A stretch of DNA of 10,758 nucleotides from Limisphaerales bacterium (GTDB lineage: Bacteria; Verrucomicrobiota; Verrucomicrobiia; Limisphaerales; JAJOIW01). The stretch is from contig CBFHOE010000001.1 of the NCBI GenBank assembly GCA_965657355.1, forward strand, positions 520,002 to 530,759, given 5' to 3'. A model generated the notes under the pieces. It worked only from the letters and a program-made list of their open reading frames with translations, had not been told where the DNA came from and ran no database searches. Positions 7,598-10,758 of the stretch are shown here, in pieces. A program made the translations under genes and the position numbers. Position 1 is the first letter of the stretch, and every line of letters starts with the position of its first letter.

Positions 7598-7628
7598 AAC
7601 GTTAAAATGCTACGAGAATGTGTATTTA

Positions 7629-8015
7629 TTAACCTTTGAATGCCGCTTCCCAAGTTCGGCTGTATTTTTGTTCAAGAGCTACCACTTCTTCATTTCGTTC
7701 CTCTGGGAACGCGGAAAGATATCCTTGTATAGTGGTGTAAAGCTGGTGTAGTGACTCCATTTGAGGAGTTGTGAGCTTTTTGGTGTTTACAGCTTCGACC
7801 ATTTTACTCAAGGCTGTTTTGAAATCTTTCGCTTCAGCTGCTGCGAGTGCCGCATTTACATGATCACCAGCTGGTCCAGTAATCCCCTGGAGTGCTGTTT
7901 TATCATTGGAGAGATCTAAGCTTTTTACGTGTATATCACCGTCGCCGCCGCCACACCCAACGAATGTTATAGAAACGACGAATGCTAATAATACTGACTT
8001 TATAAGAGATTTCAT
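7629..8015 (-). CDS. Hypothetical lipoprotein (128 aa)
   Basis: From ATG 8015: MKSLIKSVLLAFVVSITFVG-C, a basic n-region, hydrophobic h-region and lipobox FVGC, then a GGGDG linker. It has a tandem TAA TAA stop and a terminator-like hairpin downstream. Confidence 0.85.
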   Translation of the reverse strand: MKSLIKSVLLAFVVSITFVGCGGGDGDIHVKSLDLSNDKTALQGITGPAGDHVNAALAAAEAKDFKTALSKMVEAVNTKKLTTPQMESLHQLYTTIQGYLSAFPEERNEEVVALEQKYSRTWEAAFKG

Positions 8016-8152
8016 AATTGTGCGTGTCTTTATCAAAGCAATCTGCCATTAAATTTGTCGGTTTTAAAGGACAAAATGGTTTATTGGACTTTATTGGGTC
8101 AAAATATTTTGATTTACTCCGTCACATGATCACAGCAGCTAACCAGCAAGGC

Positions 8153-9118
8153 ATGAATGTATTTGAAATTAGTCCTGTTTTTGACTTGGAACATTCAAAA
8201 ACAATCATTGAACCTACGGGTCAGGAAAAAGGCTATTGGGCTGGGGCTTGCGGGGCAGCCTATGATCCGGAAACCAAGACTTATTACTTGTCGTATCGAG
8301 TTCGTGAACCGAGACCTGTAAGGGGGGGGATTTGTCGAATAGCTGAAAGTAAAGACGGAGAAAATTTTAAAACAATTTGGTCGGCTACAAAAGAATCACT
8401 GAACTCCGACTCCATTGAGAAATCCAGTTTAATTAAAGGGCCCGAAGGGTTGTGGTGGATGTATATAAGCTATGTAGATCCTATTGATAAGCGCTGGAAA
8501 ATAGACCTTATGAAAGCTGCGCATCCCTCTGAATTTCAAATAAATGAGAGAAAAGAAGTCCTGAAAGCTGCACAAACTGGCACTGAAGGTGTAAAGGATC
8601 CATTTGCATTTTTCCTTAATGGAAAAATGCATTTACTAGTAAGTTACGCGACTGGACTTCATTCAGCTAATGAATCTCAAAAGGAGGCCATGCACGCGAC
8701 GGGAGATATTTATAATACTGGATTAACAAAATCCTGCTCAGGTTTGGCTGTTAGTGATGATGGTGAAAACTTCGAATGGCTGGGTAATATCTTCGCTCCT
8801 TCTGACAATGGTTGGGATAAATATGCTTCCAGAATTAATTCATTTATCTATCGAGCCCCATTCTTCTTGGGCTTTTACGATGGCAGCTCGAAAGTAGAGG
8901 AAAATTATGAAGAGAGAACCGGTTTAGCTGTGAGTTTAGATTTATTGCATTGGAAGCGTTTGACACCTAGTGGACCTCATATCGAATCTCCGCACTTAAC
9001 AGGTTCGATTCGATATATATATCCCATAGATCTCGGAAGTGAGGTTGTCATTTATTACGAATACACCAGAGCAGACGGTGCCCATGAAATACGTATGAAT
9101 CGTATTCACCAAATATAG
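8153..9118 (+). CDS. Uncharacterised five-bladed beta-propeller protein, glycoside hydrolase-like (GH32/43/68/117/130 superfamily fold)
   Basis: Long ORF with repeating blade-like units: YYLSYR..IAESKDGENF, WWMYISY, GVKDP..HLLVSY, GLAVSDDGENFEW, GFYDG..TGLAVSLDLLHWKR, IRY..IYYE. The start is probably ATG 8153 (or 8126), because the GTG at 8018 abuts the divergent lipoprotein start. Exact family and substrate are not determined. Confidence 0.7.
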   Translation: MNVFEISPVFDLEHSKTIIEPTGQEKGYWAGACGAAYDPETKTYYLSYRVREPRPVRGGICRIAESKDGENFKTIWSATKESLNSDSIEKSSLIKGPEGLWWMYISYVDPIDKRWKIDLMKAAHPSEFQINERKEVLKAAQTGTEGVKDPFAFFLNGKMHLLVSYATGLHSANESQKEAMHATGDIYNTGLTKSCSGLAVSDDGENFEWLGNIFAPSDNGWDKYASRINSFIYRAPFFLGFYDGSSKVEENYEERTGLAVSLDLLHWKRLTPSGPHIESPHLTGSIRYIYPIDLGSEVVIYYEYTRADGAHEIRMNRIHQI

Positions 9119-9143
9119 GCTTTATTAGAAAAGTTTTGTAATG

Positions 9144-9917
9144 TCAGGGAATCCAATCCATCCCCTTTACTTGTGGCGATAAAATGTTTTTGTCTTTGCT
9201 TTTGGTCGGGATAACGAGATCCGAAGTTTTTTTTCCTTCAACATGTCCGTCAAGGCATAGGATATTCGGGGTGGATTGATGGATGTTTGTGTGGAGATTG
9301 GAAGCTGACGACACAGCAGCACGCTTTCCATTATCAAAAAACCAGATGATTCTGGTTGGAAAAGATATAGATGTCAGTCTGACCCTATTGCCTACTCCTG
9401 ATCCGTTGACATGCCTGTTTAGAGAGTAATGAAATAAGTTCACTCCATCGCTTAGCTTAGGATTTCCTGGGCATAGATAGGGTGAAGCTGGTGGCCTGTG
9501 AATTGAATTTGTTCTCCCTTGCCAATTTTTATAAACCGGTAGGTTGAGATATGGAGGAAGAGAAACATACCATCCGCCTTTAGTTGATGCTCCATTGCTC
9601 GCTCCATCTTTCGGTAGCCAACCTTCATTATCCATAGTAAAAAGAAAGGTTGCTTGCCCCCATTGCCTTAGCCTCGATTTACATTTAATCGATTTAATTT
9701 TACTTTTTCCCGACACCACGGCATTCGAAAGAATAGTCACTAAAAATGAAATGATAACAATCACGACTATCATTTCTATCAAGGCAAATCCGGCTCTTGA
9801 GCCATCGGACTGATGCGTAGCTAAATCGCTTTTTTGATCAGAGTAGTGCGCCGTAGCGCAGACCTTTAGTCGATGGGCAAAGCACCTTTGCCCCGAAGTA
9901 TTCGAAAACAACTTCAT
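9144..9917 (-). CDS. Prepilin-type N-terminal cleavage/methylation domain protein with H-X9-DG motif (DUF1559-like, PVC type); start uncertain
   Basis: RAG|FALIEMIVVIVIISFLVTIL is a class III signal with G-1, F+1 (codon 9788-9786) and E+5. Other family motifs are KC.SRLRQWG.A..LF..DNEG.LP, YLCP, YSLN and H-QSTPNILCL-DG-HVE (exactly H-X9-DG). The only in-frame ATG/GTG/TTG codons upstream of the cleavage site are 9917 and 9911. Confidence 0.88.
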   Translation of the reverse strand: MKLFSNTSGQRCFAHRLKVCATAHYSDQKSDLATHQSDGSRAGFALIEMIVVIVIISFLVTILSNAVVSGKSKIKSIKCKSRLRQWGQATFLFTMDNEGWLPKDGASNGASTKGGWYVSLPPYLNLPVYKNWQGRTNSIHRPPASPYLCPGNPKLSDGVNLFHYSLNRHVNGSGVGNRVRLTSISFPTRIIWFFDNGKRAAVSSASNLHTNIHQSTPNILCLDGHVEGKKTSDLVIPTKSKDKNILSPQVKGMDWIP

Positions 9918-10758
9918 GAATTAACACACCCATTAAAAGGATATCCGACTTTTTCCTCGGAATACCTGGAATTTCACACCTACTGGACAACGGCATACTC
10001 CACAGCTGTCGTCTTATATCGATAATATTCTTAAATGGAATCTCCATACTGTCAATATCATCCCTATCAAGATCCTGCGTCTGGCGAGAAATGCAAGCCA
10101 TCGCGGCCGCAGTTCCACCGGTTGAAAGGACTTTATCAAATGCCAATTTTTCTTTTGCCCTAATACATTCCTTATCGTTATCCAAAGTTTCCAGAATTTT
10201 ATGTTTGCTTGCCGTTAAATCTGATTTTTTTGGAGGATCTGAAATAGGATAGCTTTCATAGCAGCGAACCGACCCTAATATTAGGCTTGTGAAGGATATG
10301 ACTTTATCCCCGCGACCAAATACAAGCTCCGTGCTTCCTCCTCCAACATCCATTAAAAGAGAAACCGCATCGGAACCATACTCCTTCAAAGTCACTCCCT
10401 TATATGAAATATTGGCTTCCTCATTGCCGGAAATGATTTCAACAGGACTTTTTAATGCTTTTGAGATTTCATTGGCAAAGGATTCCCCATTCCTTGCATC
10501 CCTCATTGCGCTTGTGGCGATGATTCTTTTTGAGCGACAATTGAAGGAACTTATGACGTCACTAAAATTTTTTAAGACCTCTAGTGTATCTGATTTGGCT
10601 TGTTCGTTGATGACTTTGCTTTGATAAAGCCCCCTGCCAAGGCGGGTCTGAACACTTTTCTCATAAATTACCGAAAGTTGGCGCTCTCCCGATTCATTCC
10701 TAATGATATCTGCTATGAGCAACTTTACTGAGTTCGTACCAATGTCAATTGCAGCTTT
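9838..10758 (-). CDS. ppx: Ppx/GppA family exopolyphosphatase / pppGpp phosphatase, short form; start codon lies just outside the window
   Basis: The frame is open to the window edge and reads KAAIDIGTNSVKLLIAD, so the ORF-track start at 10722 is internal. Other motifs are TRLGRG, ATSAMRDARNG, ISGNEEA, DVGGGSTE, LGSVR, GGT and GLRYG. Confidence 0.95.
   Translation of the reverse strand, partial: KAAIDIGTNSVKLLIADIIRNESGERQLSVIYEKSVQTRLGRGLYQSKVINEQAKSDTLEVLKNFSDVISSFNCRSKRIIATSAMRDARNGESFANEISKALKSPVEIISGNEEANISYKGVTLKEYGSDAVSLLMDVGGGSTELVFGRGDKVISFTSLILGSVRCYESYPISDPPKKSDLTASKHKILETLDNDKECIRAKEKLAFDKVLSTGGTAAAMACISRQTQDLDRDDIDSMEIPFKNIIDIRRQLWSMPLSSRCEIPGIPRKKSDILLMGVLIHEVVFEYFGAKVLCPSTKGLRYGALL

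Noticed and set aside
8018..8152. N-terminal extension of the beta-propeller ORF from GTG 8018, and the TTG 8036 start for the lipoprotein
   Set aside because: The two extensions would overlap head-to-head and leave no promoter space. The ATG starts at 8015 and 8126/8153 are more plausible.
8429..10624. ORFs 8429..8632, 9544..9813 and 10289..10624
   Set aside because: Antisense shadows of the beta-propeller, prepilin and ppx genes.
1..10758. CRISPR array, IS/integrase, tRNA/rRNA or anti-phage defence system
   Set aside because: I saw no regularly spaced direct repeats, terminal inverted repeats, transposase motifs or cloverleaf structures. DUF151 is the only nuclease-like gene and it sits in a housekeeping context.

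Overview
A gene-dense, AT-rich (roughly 40% GC by eye) bacterial chromosomal segment. It is most likely from Verrucomicrobiota/PVC, inferred from the prepilin + H-X9-DG protein and the insertion-bearing Der and HolA. From left to right it holds: (1) the 5' half of a bacterial alpha-2-macroglobulin gene (<1..1705, minus), which the ORF track missed; (2) a minus-strand cluster of DUF151 bifunctional nuclease, holA and a STAS anti-sigma-factor antagonist; (3) a stand-alone heptose-1-phosphate adenylyltransferase (hldC/rfaE2) convergent with rpe; (4) a ~440-bp unexplained spacer with a possible long RNA hairpin; (5) the ribosome GTPase der; (6) a strong hairpin and a small lipoprotein gene; (7) an uncharacterised five-bladed beta-propeller glycosidase-like gene; (8) a prepilin-type/H-X9-DG gene whose only in-frame canonical starts lie inside the 3' end of a short-form ppx/gppA that runs off the right edge. 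I see no mobile element, CRISPR array, tRNA or rRNA. The window is mostly housekeeping and I cannot demonstrate a new system. The best leads are the ppx/prepilin overlap with its two hairpins, the structured der-rpe spacer, the atypical beta-propeller enzyme, the non-lipoprotein alpha-2-macroglobulin and the orphan STAS protein next to holA.
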